Source of the DNA: Chlorokybus atmophyticus
Lineage: Eukaryota > Plantae > Mesostigma and Chlorokybus algae
DNA: 64,000 nt
Direction of reading: 5' to 3'
Assembly (NCBI GenBank): GCA_009103225.1
Contig: RHPI01001116.1
Coordinates: 62,001-126,000 of the forward strand
Positions 26,972 to 39,040 of the stretch are shown piece by piece. Every line of letters begins with the position of its first letter. Within the stretch, counting starts at the first letter, position 1. The translations under genes and the position numbers were made by a program. The notes under the pieces were generated by a model, which was given only the letters and a program-made list of their open reading frames with translations, searched no databases and was not told the origin of the DNA.

Positions 26972-29320
26972 ATGCGGAGGGTAGTATTGAGCCTAGCATG
27001 GCTGTTCGTCTGGCTGCTGGCCGCCGGAAGGTCCAATGCGGACATTGCAGCCGCCACGGCAGTAAGTGTTTCTTTGCTGTGCCTATGTCTTCTTCTGTGC
27101 ATGGTCCGGCATGGTCCGTGCGTAGCTCAACAACAGCCATCAGTCTATGTACACAAATTCAACGGAGGTTTCACGCTGCAACCTGTAATTGGCCGACACC
27201 ATGCACAGATTCTGGGCATTTGTGCTCATCGCACGTATGGCGAGTAAAGAAAGCACCTTTGGCACATGCAATCGGATCCGGATGTGAGGCCTTGCAGATG
27301 GCGCCGTACTTAATTGAAACTTTGCAGGAAACGTTGGACACAGGCGTGAATGCAAACCCAGAGGAGCCTGCGTATGTTGAGTATCGAGTGAGTTGAAGCT
27401 TGCATGCTCCCGTTGTACAGCTGTGTGAAGCTGCATTTATAAGAGCAACTAGTTGCTTATCCCTACACTTGCTACTTCAGCACTATGGTTGTTGATGTCG
27501 CCCATGTGACACGCAGGGCGAATTTGGGTACGAGCTGCTGGCCATTTTGCCTTGGGCGTATTACAAGTTTGCACATGGGCAACTGTCAAAAACCGTCAGT
27601 TGCGGAGATATGTCGGCATTCTACTTCTGGGATCCAAAGGTATGACCAAGACAGGAAACATGTGTAATCAAGCTGGTCATACTTGGATATGTGCATGATT
27701 GGCGACCAGTACTGCAGCTAATTGATGGCATTGTAGCATACGGATAAGATGGACTGTGTTCGGGACTACATTCCTCTTCCAAAGTATGTAGAATGGGACC
27801 GAGGTCTACATCTTAGCCGCCTCCCTCGCCATTGGCTTCCACCGCCTATAGCTCGCCACTACCGGTACTGCGCAATGCGCCTTTCCATCCATAGAGTTAC
27901 TTACAGTTATTACCAAGCATAAGTGTTGCAGACAAGGAACCCAGTTCCTTAGCTGCATTTACAGTATTGATACTTGCAATTGCTCGTTATCCTAGTGTTG
28001 TTGTTGCTTTCACTTCAGAGTCCATATGGCTCAGCACGTGTTTGCAGGTGCAAGCCTCCATTGGTCCAGAGAAATGGCAACAAACCCTTGATCATTGTCT
28101 TCAACAAGTACACGTCGGAGCACCAGCATCCGCCTGTCAACTTCATCTCTGTAGGCATGTTACGCAGAATTTTCCAGCTGCTCACAACAAAGTAAGCTTT
28201 CATATGTCAGGGTGTATCCCATCAGCAATTACATGCGCTGAAGCTTTATGGGGCTTATCTGCTGACGGCATGGTTGTCTGCGAAGGTTTACAGTTGTATA
28301 CAATCGAGCAGGCAGTGCCGTTACTGAAGACAACTCGGTAAATCATCAACTGTCTCGACATTCCCTGCGTTGCTGCTTAGACCTGCTTGTGTCATTTGTG
28401 TCATGTGGTTTCTTGCTACAGAAATTGCTGGCCTTTCCGGATGAGCCTATGATCCGTGGTGAGTTCCCATCCGAGGTCATCATTCTGAGAGATATTGCAG
28501 AGCGTCATGGCATCACTTTCAATGAAGCCCAGCTACGCGTCATGTCCCAGGCTTCATACTTCATCACTGTGCAAGTAAGTGCAGCATACTTTTCAATGCG
28601 TGCGCAAGGTACTCAGCTCAGTTTACAAGCATGGTGACCTCATCCTCTCTCTTGTATGTGCCACGTAGCATGCCACATTGAGAACATGCCATAGTAGTGG
28701 CAGATGTTTTTGGTTGCATTAGTGATGCACTCTGTAACTTTTTGGCATGTAGTCACAAACACAAATGAAAGTGCGTGCACATTTTGTCAGCGCGTTTCAT
28801 AGCTGCATGTTTGTTGCATAGCAGTGCTCAAGATGTATTCTCAGTATACTCTGCGCACTGTGCAATTGTCATTGCGGCCCACTTGGCAGAGTGTGCGCAA
28901 AAACATGCAGTTCCATGCATTCATGCGCTATTACTTTGTACTTGCTTGCGATGCATCCGGAACTTGATCTTGCTGAACTCAAATGGCCACTCTGTCTGTG
29001 CGGCTGTGCAACCGCAGGGTGGAACATCTATTCTTGCCAGTTACTTTGGAGGGCGCAACATTGTGGTTTGCAAGGGCGTTGCTGGAGAGTTGAAGTACAA
29101 CTCATTTGCGCGGTTGTTTCCGTTCATCAACCGCAGTTGGATACAGTTGGTCACCAGCGAATCGCAGCTGGAGTCAACTGTGCGAGAGATGGTTAACAAG
29201 CCGCTGATCCCACCCAACGACGAAGTTGTTGACGAGCGCACAGTTGCCCTAGGCTTGCAGGGCTGTGACAGAGATCCTAACGAGTTTGCACAAGAAGCTC
29301 CGCTGGGTTGGGTTGAATGA
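26972..29320 (+). CDS. Uncharacterised secreted or type II membrane protein, putative glycosyltransferase-like (GEFGYEL family), multi-exon
   Basis: Hydrophobic N-terminus MRRVVLSLAWLFVWLLAAG. In-frame GT-AG exons give GEFGYELLAILPWAYY...AFYFWDPKH, WLPPPIARHY, KPLIIVFNKY...PVNFI, VYNR...EDNS, FNEAQLRVMSQASYFITVQGGTSILASYFGG. The gene model is solid; the function is inference. Confidence 0.75.
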
Positions 29321-29869
29321 GGGTAGTAGTAGGTTCGATGCTGTAGTCTGTCAGGGCAGGTGTTGTGGGAAAAGGAGTTGGGTTTTGTAGTGCTGAAGCT
29401 GTGCAGCAGTTCAAAAGCTAGTTATTAGCTCTGCATGCACAGATTATGTTTTGCAGCCTACTCGGTTGCTTGCATCTGTGGTTTCTTGAAGTAGTGAGGA
29501 TGCATGCACACCATAAAACCAGTCAGTCCCAGAACCTGTCGTGGCAGTGCCTGTACTCAACATGTAAGTGCTGCTTATTGAAACTGACAAGGACTGTTAT
29601 CCAGCTCGCTGGCCAAACACTTTTACATGCATACCCTGTGCTCATTAGGTTGGTTGGCTTGCTTGTTGGTTGGTTGGTCCACAATGCCTTCTGTGCCGGC
29701 TGCAAGCTGCCTGTCTTGACCCGCATCTTGCGCTGTATCGCAATGTCTGGCAGTATTGCACTGCGCCAGAAGCGCTCATACTAACTACACGCAAACACAC
29801 TAAAAAACACGACGCGCCAACGCTGACAATCAAAGAGCGATCATCAGCGCCAGCCCCGCATCCAGCACT

Positions 29870-32800
29870 ACAGTCGCGAGCCTGGTGCCACTGCTGCCGC
29901 ACCTCGCTCCACGACCTGCGCTCGCTGCAATGCACAGGCCACTCGCTGTCGGCGCAGCCGCACGAACCCCCCAGCCAATTCAGCTCCGCCTGGTCCCACC
30001 AGTAAGTTGCGCACAGGCGCAGCATTTGGTGGAAGTCCTCCCTAAGTGCATTTCCATCGCCAGTAGGTAGAAGGTGTCCTCTTGCATTGGATTGCACATA
30101 GGGCACGAACAGTAGCTTGCCAGTGTTTGCATGCACACCCGCACTAGCACCTTTCGCTTCATGTAGTAGTGCGTAGACAAAGGCCGTTGGTGTGGTTGCT
30201 TTCCCAATAGCTTGATTATCTTATGTCGAGTACAGCCCAAGCAATTGCAAGTGTGCATGATAATGGAGTGCAACTCTAGCTCGCCTTGGGCTCAACTATT
30301 GTTACCAAGCACCTTTTCCATTGTAATCATGCAGTAAGAACACATGCATCACGTGGTTGTTGCGAACACCACATCATGGCCCATGTGTGAGGTAGAGCCT
30401 TTGAGGCTCCATACAGCTAGGCTGCCTGTATAGCGTGCTGGCATCACCCTATACGCACCCCTGTACAAGTGTATATAAGTTGTATATATGAAACCATATC
30501 GCACTTTGTACACATGTGCAAACGCGTACCCACACACCAATGCTTACCGATGCTTTTACATCTGCGGTATAATGTAGCCGAATATATCAATCCGCTAACC
30601 ACAAGTTCGGCTATATGTTTTGATGGTTTGTACATGAGAAAACACACAAAACATCCGAAAACACAACATTGTTTGTTTTGCATCCTCACTTTCACGATTA
30701 TTGGGTCCAAATTGTGGTATGTCATGCACAGATATAGCTCACATGAGAGTTGCGTTTCAGCAAGCTCCTAAGATGTTGTATGCAGGCACACAAGCGCACA
30801 AGCAGTCTAACCAACAGTATGCAAGTTGTAAAGATTAAGCGAGGGCCAAGACAAAGCTTACATTACCACAAGACAACCATCAAAACTCCAGGACGGTAGG
30901 ACCTAGGCAAGACCCTCCAGCAGCAACGGTGGACGGGTGGTAGGGTGGGAAGCAGGCTGCTTCAAGCAGCAAAGCAACGTAGCTTGCAAGCATGTAGGGG
31001 AGGGGCGGAGGAGGTCAGGCCATGGGTGAGGAGCAAGGAGGCAAGCACGACGACATGGCTGAGACCGCTTGGCCCTAAGCGGCATAGACGTGCTTGCGGC
31101 TTTTTAGTATAGTAAGTCTCTTCAGCCTGACCACTCTCGGAGTGGTGAGATCGGGGAGCGCCTTGCAGAGCTATGTGCGACATGTTAAGACCCGACTAGC
31201 ACGCACCATTGGATCACATTACCAATGTAATCTAAAGCACGGTGCAGGCCATTCTTAAGTCAGCCCTACGCTAGCCCTCAACTAGCGCAATAGCAGCGAT
31301 ATGAGAGAAACATGCGAGCGAAACTTAAGCAATGCCATAGATGCCATTAATGCCATGTATTCGAGCATACGACAACAGCCACAGTCTCGGAAGCACACAA
31401 AGACTTACTAAACATGACCAAGTCCACAATACTACAATTGCGTCATGTAAGCAATACGTATTCAGTGCAACACTTGATATGTAATTTATTTGTGACTGCA
31501 TGACTGCATGACTCAGCCCTAACCCTACACGGTAAATGGCTGCAGCCATTTGCGTGGTGTCGTTGCTGTTGCGCAGGAGGATAACTTATCCTCTCGCCGC
31601 TAGTCTAAGACTGGCGGCGGGAGCAGTGCGAGCGGGGTTGTTGGGCACTGCACAGTCATCGTCGTCGTGTTTTTGCGCCGTGCTTATGCTCATTTTCCCG
31701 CTTCTCTCCCTCTGTTGCACTGCTTAGGTATATTTGAGCGGCAACCCCAAGCTGCTTGCCAACATTGCACTTACCCCCCTAACCCCGTAGTCTAGCTTAG
31801 ATTGTGCGCTTCGTTCGGTGATTGTTTTGCTTGCGCTTGTTGTTGCTGCCTGCCGTGACTTGCTTGCCAATGCACTTGCCTCAGTCTCAATCTTATACCC
31901 TATCTGCGCGCACGGCGCAGAGATGCGCTGCTGTGCTCTGCAGGTGCTTCTTTTGCTACTTGTTGATACCCTTCCCCCTTCCCTCTGCCCACACTCCTCC
32001 CCTGGTCCATAGTTAGTGCACTTAGCTATAGCCTGGTGAGGCCCCCCACCTCGTTGTTTTTGCCGTGCTTGTGCTGTATTATTAATCTTTGCTGGGTTAT
32101 GCTTGCTTGCTTAACTGATTGGCCCCAATTAATATGTTGTGTACTATGCATGCAGATCGGATCTGCATGCATAGTACACGACTCGGGCAAGCAGAGCAGG
32201 CACAACACGCGGGGGCAGTCAATATCACACCGCGGGCCACCAACACGCTACTTAGAAGTTCAAGTGCTGCTATGAGTTGTACAGGATATGCATGCGGTAG
32301 TTGTAGACATGGCATAAACAGCAGCATACCAACAAGTACACAAGCGTATACGCCACCAGGTGGGCCACCGGGCTATACACACTTTTCATTCACACCTAAC
32401 GCACCACTGCTAGAGTAGTGCGATTACACTACTTTAGGCCTCCCTGTTAGGCATGCATACATGCATGATAGGGGTCAATTACTCTCCCATATGGGCTTTG
32501 TGCAATGCAGTGGCATTGGGGTAAGTAGTGGGCAGCAAGCAATGACGAAACCCACCAACCAACCTGCGAATAAAAAGCAGCGAGTTAGAGCAGGGGTTGG
32601 GGGTTGACGAGACAAGCAAGGTGGGAGCAATGCTGTGATGAGCTGTGAATTATGTCGTCCGTGTGCGCAACTCTGAATTGACCATCATCATGACCTACCC
32701 CCACAATTACCCTGTAAGGTGTGACAGTGCTCTTTGCGTGAAGCCTACGCGGCTGATGCATGTTATGCATAGTTGAGGTGTTGTGATAGTCGTTTAAATT

Positions 32801-33200
32801 GCTGTTGTACAGGACAAGCGTAAGGCTGTTATGAACATGCATGTTCACAGCATGCATCACATAGCATGCTACAGGCACCTTCATGCTGCACGACCATCAG
32901 GCAAATTCTGCTCTCTACTCTACCTTTATTCCTACCGCCCTCCCATTAGCCTTGCATGCATGGGGTAGAGTAATGGGGCCATTGGTAGCAAGAAACCATA
33001 AGCCATACACTTCATCATCGGCTACAAGCGCGCAACAACACCACAAGACATTGCACAATTGACGGGGCACTGGGTCATATACGAATGACGATGCAAGCAG
33101 CAACAGCAAGATGGCAAAGAGTGGCAGAGGCAACAGCGGCGCAGCTACCTGCGCAGCACGGGAGAAGAACAGGGCGATACATGCATTGTTCATGGCTTGC
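29870..33200 (-). mobile_element. Fossil non-LTR retrotransposon of RLE type (CRE-like), interrupted
   Basis: Minus-strand remnants in the expected order. RT: PLLPLPLFAI...ALVADD...AVGIKV (33190-32900) and QARLCRLGPSGL..VLAS (~31100). RLE C-terminus: FYLLAME..G / ..RQRVACALQRAQ (~30090-29900). All heavily degraded. Confidence 0.45.
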
Positions 33201-33553
33201 CGTTGCTCGATTGCCTCATGCCATAAACGCTAACTATGTGTCGCTGGCCTCTACTATCACTACTCCAATATCTAGGTGCTGTGGGTTGTGCATACGCTTG
33301 CTTTATTTCTCTGTTGCTATACTTTGCTTTGATGGTCACCCATCAGTTATGCTTATGCATCAACGGTAGTGGTAGTCACCTGCACATCGATAAAGGTTAG
33401 CGAGCAGCCCTTGCAACAGCCTCGGCAACAATCACAGACGAGAATGCATCTCAACCTCCACCGTCACCCAACCGTCAACAACTCGATTGCACGCCTAAGG
33501 TTCTTTAGCTACCCGCATGCATGTACGACAGGCATGTACAGTTGCTGCACGTG

Positions 33554-33555
<2 letters not shown>

Positions 33556-33627
<72 letters not shown>
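33556..33627. repeat. (AG)n microsatellite
   Basis: About 36 perfect AG units. Confidence 0.95.
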
Positions 33628-33630
<3 letters not shown>

Positions 33631-33639
33631 GCCTGCAAT

Positions 33640-33985
33640 TAAGATTCTTTTCGGGTGACAAGATTTGAACCTATCACCCTCGGCGTAAAGTCTTGCCATA
33701 TACCCAAATCTTATATACGATTGGTATACAGCACCTTTTCCCGGACCGTACGTGCGACTTTTATCGCATACAGCTCTCTTATCCCTTTTATACTTTTACT
33801 TATAATAAGTCAAGAATGGTAATTACTGCAATAGAACTTGTGCGAACATTAAAAGCAGAGAGCGCTGCAAAAGAGGCTCGAAATCTATATTTAACTCCAA
33901 CAAGTCCATAGGGGGTATAGGCTGCTTTACACAAATAATCTATCTCCATAGAGAAGACATGCGTAAAGATGTATTTCCAAATCTT
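33640..33985 (-). other. Mosaic organellar insertion (NUMT-like): rps3 C-terminal piece, group II intron domains V/VI, tRNA-Pro-like 3' half
   Basis: AT-rich block. FGNTSL/HVFSMEIDY...AYTPYGLVGVK resembles mitochondrial S3 GKTSLHVF..KIDY..T.YG..GVK. Domain V GAGCTGTATGCGATAAAAGTCGCACGTACGGTC (33776-33744) has the AGC triad and AC bulge. T-arm/acceptor half GAGGGTGATAGGTTCAAATCTTGTCACCCGA (33681-33651). Confidence 0.8.
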
Positions 33986-34457
33986 CGGGGTGCTACTGGA
34001 GCCATTTTTGCACCATTCGACCAGCCAGCAAAAGAACATTACATTCATCGTGCTGAGGGCAACCTGTCAACCATACACAGTCATCAGCAACTGCGATGAA
34101 CCGGTCCATTAGTACGACCCTCAGTACAAACAGCTGACATTGGTGTAGGCCAGCAAGCTGGCAGACTGTTGCATAATACGCACCCAACCTGGTCAGTGCA
34201 CGCCAAATATGAACCAACAAAAGTAGAAGACAATGCATGCAGTGAAACACTAGAAACAACCACACGGGGGGTCAGGGCAGTCATCAAACACAAGGTCCTG
34301 TAACTCAGAGTCTACACTACTCAGAGACTGCCAAGCCGCTATACATGTTTGAAAGGGATGGTCGTCGCCCGCCAATGTGCGAACCGGACGTCCTGCGTGC
34401 TTTGTTCTTTGCGGTAGCCCCAACAAGAGGTCAATCTGCAAAGCTGCGCATGGCGGC

Positions 34458-36431
34458 CTAATACGTCTTCGCATAAGTGTACACTGGTGGCATCAGGGTC
34501 AAGGCAACGCCGAACTTGGAGTTCTTTTCTTGCTTGGTGGAATCCCACTGGGTGGTGAAGGTCACAGTCGCATCTGGCCGCAGCTGGTGTTGCAGCAGGG
34601 CACTGATGGTTCCAGTGCTGTCAATGCGCGCCTTGTAAACAGTGTAAGGGTCGTGGCGGTATGAGCCACCGGCAGCAATGGTGGTAGTCGCTTTTGACAA
34701 GCTGCGCATAACATCAGCGCCAACTAGCCTATCCTTGTCAAGAGCATGTACATACGACAACTTGAGAGTGTCCGCCTTGTCCGCGCTGCATTGTAACACA
34801 TAGTGTGATGTCAGCGCTGTTCAACATTTCCACTGCAAGCACACGCGACCAACATCACCGCAACGCACTTACACGACGGCTGTCACGGCATACTCCGCTG
34901 TCGAGTGCTGAATGCCACCCTCATACTTGGTGAGCTCACCAGAACTGGTATCAACACTGGCAGCACCACCCACTGCAAAGCTAGGCTGGCCAAACGCAGC
35001 TGTCACATCCACCTTGGGAGCACCGCTCAGGCCAATGCTGCCGGTCATGGCAGCATAGTCACGCAGGTACTGCAGCTCAACCTGTAGACAAACACACAAA
35101 GTTGACCGAATGCATGGCAGCAAATGCATAGGCCCAAGCGCCTGTTATACAACAACCCACAGCTGCTCTCGGCGAAAACGCAAAATTCAACCAGGACAAC
35201 AAGTGCAAGGTACGCAAAGCATTCGCAGCCATTACTCAACGCAGACCATCACCTTGCCAGACTTGTTGAAGTCCGGAAGAGCACCACTCAAGAGAACCTT
35301 GATTCCGGGTGCCAGGCTGTCCAGAGTGGCGTTGAGGATGACCTGTAAAGCAGATGGTAATTTATCCCAATAGGACATGAACTCCCAATAATGTATGATG
35401 CTAAAGCTTTGCTATACATTGGAGTTCGTGTCTGTCTTGGCCTCAAGCTTGGCGTTGTTGTACTTGAGAATCGTCTTCAAGTCCACAGCGAGCGAGTTGT
35501 CAGCCTTGACAATATATGTGCCGCTGAAGCCCTGCAAGCCAGACATGTCAGCAGGCTACAACAGCGACATGCCCCAGCTAATTCCACTAGTTGCAACTGG
35601 ATTGCAGGTATAAGAGTTAACATACCGGCGTCAATAAACTGGCCTGTCGTAACCACTTAACAATGTCCAAGTTGTTGCAACTAACAAGCAAATAGCATGC
35701 ATGCTGTGGGTAGCAACCAACTCAACAGCTCCATGGAAAACAAGGAATTAATGACATGCAAAGACACTCCAGCAGACTACGAATCGCTGACGACCGTCCA
35801 TACCAGGTTGCTGGCAGTGGTGGTCTCGATGGCAATCTTCTTGTCGTACTGAAAGTCCTTGGTCAGAAGATCTGGGAAAGAAAGGGTCAGCACAATAAGG
35901 AGAACGGGAGGTTAAGCGTTTGCATGCAGACAAGCTGTGCGCGCTGCCTATATGCAGAGAGGCAGGTTGCTAAGTCCCTGTGACCGTCTGAGGCAAAGGG
36001 TAACGAAAACTAGCGCCACCGCGTTGAGTTCGTGAAACTTCAGGCGACGGACGCATGCAGCCATATGGCCATGTCGGTGAACTTCCCGCCGAAATGGTCA
36101 GACAAAGCGCCCATACAAAGCAAAGCTGCCCATGGGCTGTGTCCAGCATAGACCAACTAACGAAATTACAAAGGACTTGTCGACACTCATATGCACGTGA
36201 CCATGGTGTAAGCCAATGTGCTAAGTGGACGGTAGAGCCCTTGACCTGCGACTAGAAGCAAACCTTGCGCATACGCAGACAACCGCGGCAGTATGCACGG
36301 GCTTAAGCCATGCCAGGATGCAAGCTAAGCACGGCAGGCGTCCCTAAGCATGCATGTAGGCAGGCCAAGCTCATGCGCCGCTCACCTCTAGCCTTCTTGC
36401 CAAAATCCGAGTAAAAGCCAGGAAACGCCAT
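34458..36431 (-). CDS. VDAC: Voltage-dependent anion channel (mitochondrial porin), 6 exons
   Basis: MAFPGFYSDFGKKARDLLTKDFQYDKK...VELQYLRDYA...KARIDSTGTISALLQHQLRP...KFGVALTL; clean GT-AG junctions. Confidence 0.95.
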
Positions 36432-36533
36432 GTTGGCGAGGCACCGATAGACGGCGGCGGCGGCGGCGGCGGCAACGACGACACGGGGGCTACACCACCA
36501 CGACGCCAACAACCCTCCCCACACAAACCCTCA

Positions 36534-36542
36534 AAACCCTAA
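36534..36542. promoter_or_regulatory. Telo-box (AAACCCTAA) ~100 bp upstream of the VDAC start codon
   Basis: The same motif occurs 5' of MEI2-like (44089), SFA (59374) and IDH (62439, rc). Confidence 0.5.
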
Positions 36543-37249
36543 CAACGAAGACTGCGCCGCCACGGCCAAAAATCACACAAGGGCTTCTGCGTGAGTGTCC
36601 AACCAGGGATAAGAGGCCTCCGGTCACAACGGCTGCAGCGACCGGCGGTCAGCCGCTCGAGTCAGCTGAGCATGGGCGGCTGTTTGCCGGTCTGTGGTGG
36701 GTCGCGGCGGGTTGAGATCGGCCCGGGATTGCTGTTGCATCGCGAATGCGCTTGATGCCGTGGCGCCTGATAACGTTACTTTGATGACGTTAGCATATGT
36801 CCACCGCTGTCATAACGTGCTGACGGTTGTCAAGCTTGAACTGATCTGCAAAAACCAGGCTGGTGCTTCCCAAGCTAAAACCCAACCCCAAACGGCTGGG
36901 AAATTAGGTTCAGCTCTCAAATCGATGAGATGTTTCATGGACGGAGCCAAGGTTGTGTTGAAGCATGATGCTGTAGACTTGTGGCAGTAACACTACCAAT
37001 CATGCCACCAATTGGTGACACCCCTTACAAGAACATGCAGCGTGTGTTATTTCGATGGTGTTTCAAAGCATGCATGACCTATACACATTTTGTACACTAT
37101 TTGAAAATGTGGAGCTTCAATCAGATGTGATAGCAAGGTTGCTACACCACGTAAAACAACGCCCACATGCAATGCCATACAAGTGTACACCAATTTGTGA
37201 TCTTATGTAGGCATTGCACTGCATGCTAGGTTGTCGTCCTGTGATGATC

Positions 37250-38310
37250 TCTACTCGCTTGCTATTTGATTACAGCATGTTGCACGCGATAAGCTACATA
37301 GCGAAACTTCTTGCCCCCGCTCCAATGTATTATTATAAATTGTAGTACTCTGTTGCTGGGCCCGTTGCGCGTATCGGTGTCTGTGCTAAGCATTGTTGCA
37401 AAGGTTTGTAAGTGTTGTTTGCAATTGTATCCGTAAAATAAACAATTTTAAATAACAAGTACATCACAAATTTTGCCCCCCCCACAGCTTTGCTTGGTCA
37501 TATTGTGATGGCTGTGGCTACACGTCACTTAGCTTAATAATGTATGCATGCGCTTGCCCACATCTTCGCACTCTGCAACTTACGTAAAAACCAGCATGCG
37601 TAAGTTTGCATAATGCATTCAAGATACAATCCAATCAAGTTTGTGTGCAAAGCCATCAATAAACATGAACATGATTAATGCTAACGTGCTCAAGTTATGT
37701 TAATGTTCATGTTTATAAAAAGAATTGATTGTTTTAGCTTAATACTTAACATTTTTATATTAACCGACAGTGAGGTTGCCCTGATATTAGCAGTTGTTAC
37801 ATTCCGCTTTAAGCACCCCAAGCATCATCAAGTCCATATGGTACTTATACAAGTAAAATCATGTGAGACAAGTTGCGATTAACTAATGGCCCCAAGCATG
37901 TCGCTCTGCATTAATTAATCAATAATAGCATTGTCGCCAGTGCGGTAGTATGTTGCACATTGTGTATTGGCAAACTCGCACTGCAAACTTTCAAGTTTTG
38001 CATTTGTCAAATGTTACAACCACCTCCACGCTGTGCATGCCATATTGTTACTTACTTGGTTACGCAAATCAAGTGTATCCAATAAGTTTTTTACTTTGCC
38101 ACTTGCTAGTGATGGCTATTGGCAGTGGATGTTGAGTAAATTTTCGATTCTCAAATAGTCTTAACTCCTGCATCAAAGATGTGTGCATAGGGCACTCACA
38201 ATAGCGCACATAGTATTACGGGGGATGACTTTGTGTATATAAAGGGTATGGTACTATGGCAACATGCATGGTGTGCGGGCAATGTGAGTGACGTGTATGA
38301 AAAATAACCT
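37250..38310 (+). mobile_element. Highly decayed Penelope-like RT (copy C)
   Basis: AHIFALCNLRKNQHA*VCI...VCKAINK (~37560-37660) parallels PHI*LTWKLHKNPRKTCCI...LTKAYKA of copy A. A G..M...AGN...YE remnant lies at ~38245-38300. Confidence 0.4.
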
Positions 38311-39040
38311 TCACCACTCACATAACAGTCACCACCGGGCTAGTGCTACCTACTATGCTATGCTATGCTAGTACTAATCCGCCCCGTTATACATACAGCA
38401 AGCATACAGAGAGAGCGAGAACAGTACCTGCCCACAAGGGCTGCGGTTAGCAGTTGCTGGCTAGGACGGCAACGGCAGCAACAACAGCGACGCGGACTCC
38501 CACGCCCTCCTCCCTTCCTCCTCCCGCCACCACCACCTTCCCAGCCCTTGCTCAGCAATGGCAGCCGCTGTCGCCATTGCCGCACTTGAGGGTTTCGTCA
38601 GTTGCACGGTAGCATGCACGATGCACAGTCACGCATGTCATGCATGTGCTGCAGCACTCCCTTGCTGCTGTCGCTGTGTGTGTTCCTTGTGGTGAATGTG
38701 AATATTTACTGGTGAGATGACTTTGGTTGCGTGTGCCATGCATGCCACAATTGCTGCGCAGCATCTCTCACACAGTGCATGTGCATGTGCAAGATCTCTT
38801 CGTTGCGTGAAGGCACTCTCCCAGGCACTCTACTCTCAACTTCTATGATTTCCAGATGCTGCAAGCGCATTAAGTACTGCGTGCTAGACATTGGCAAGCA
38901 GACTAAGATACAAGCTTACCAAAGTTTTGCACAACACAACTCAACTGCAACAAACCTCTGCATGTCCTAACCCAGCGCGTATCACTACCAACCATATGGC
39001 GCGAACCACTGTGTCAGAGGTGCATTTTCCCTGCACCTAT

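Noticed and set aside
31515-31700. Telomerase RNA candidate (CCCTAACCCTA as template followed by hairpins)
   Set aside because: No USE/TATA type-3 promoter or pseudoknot could be identified, and similar telo-box motifs occur at several ordinary promoters in this window.
33369-33699. ERERER and SLSLSL ORFs
   Set aside because: Products of the (AG)n microsatellite.
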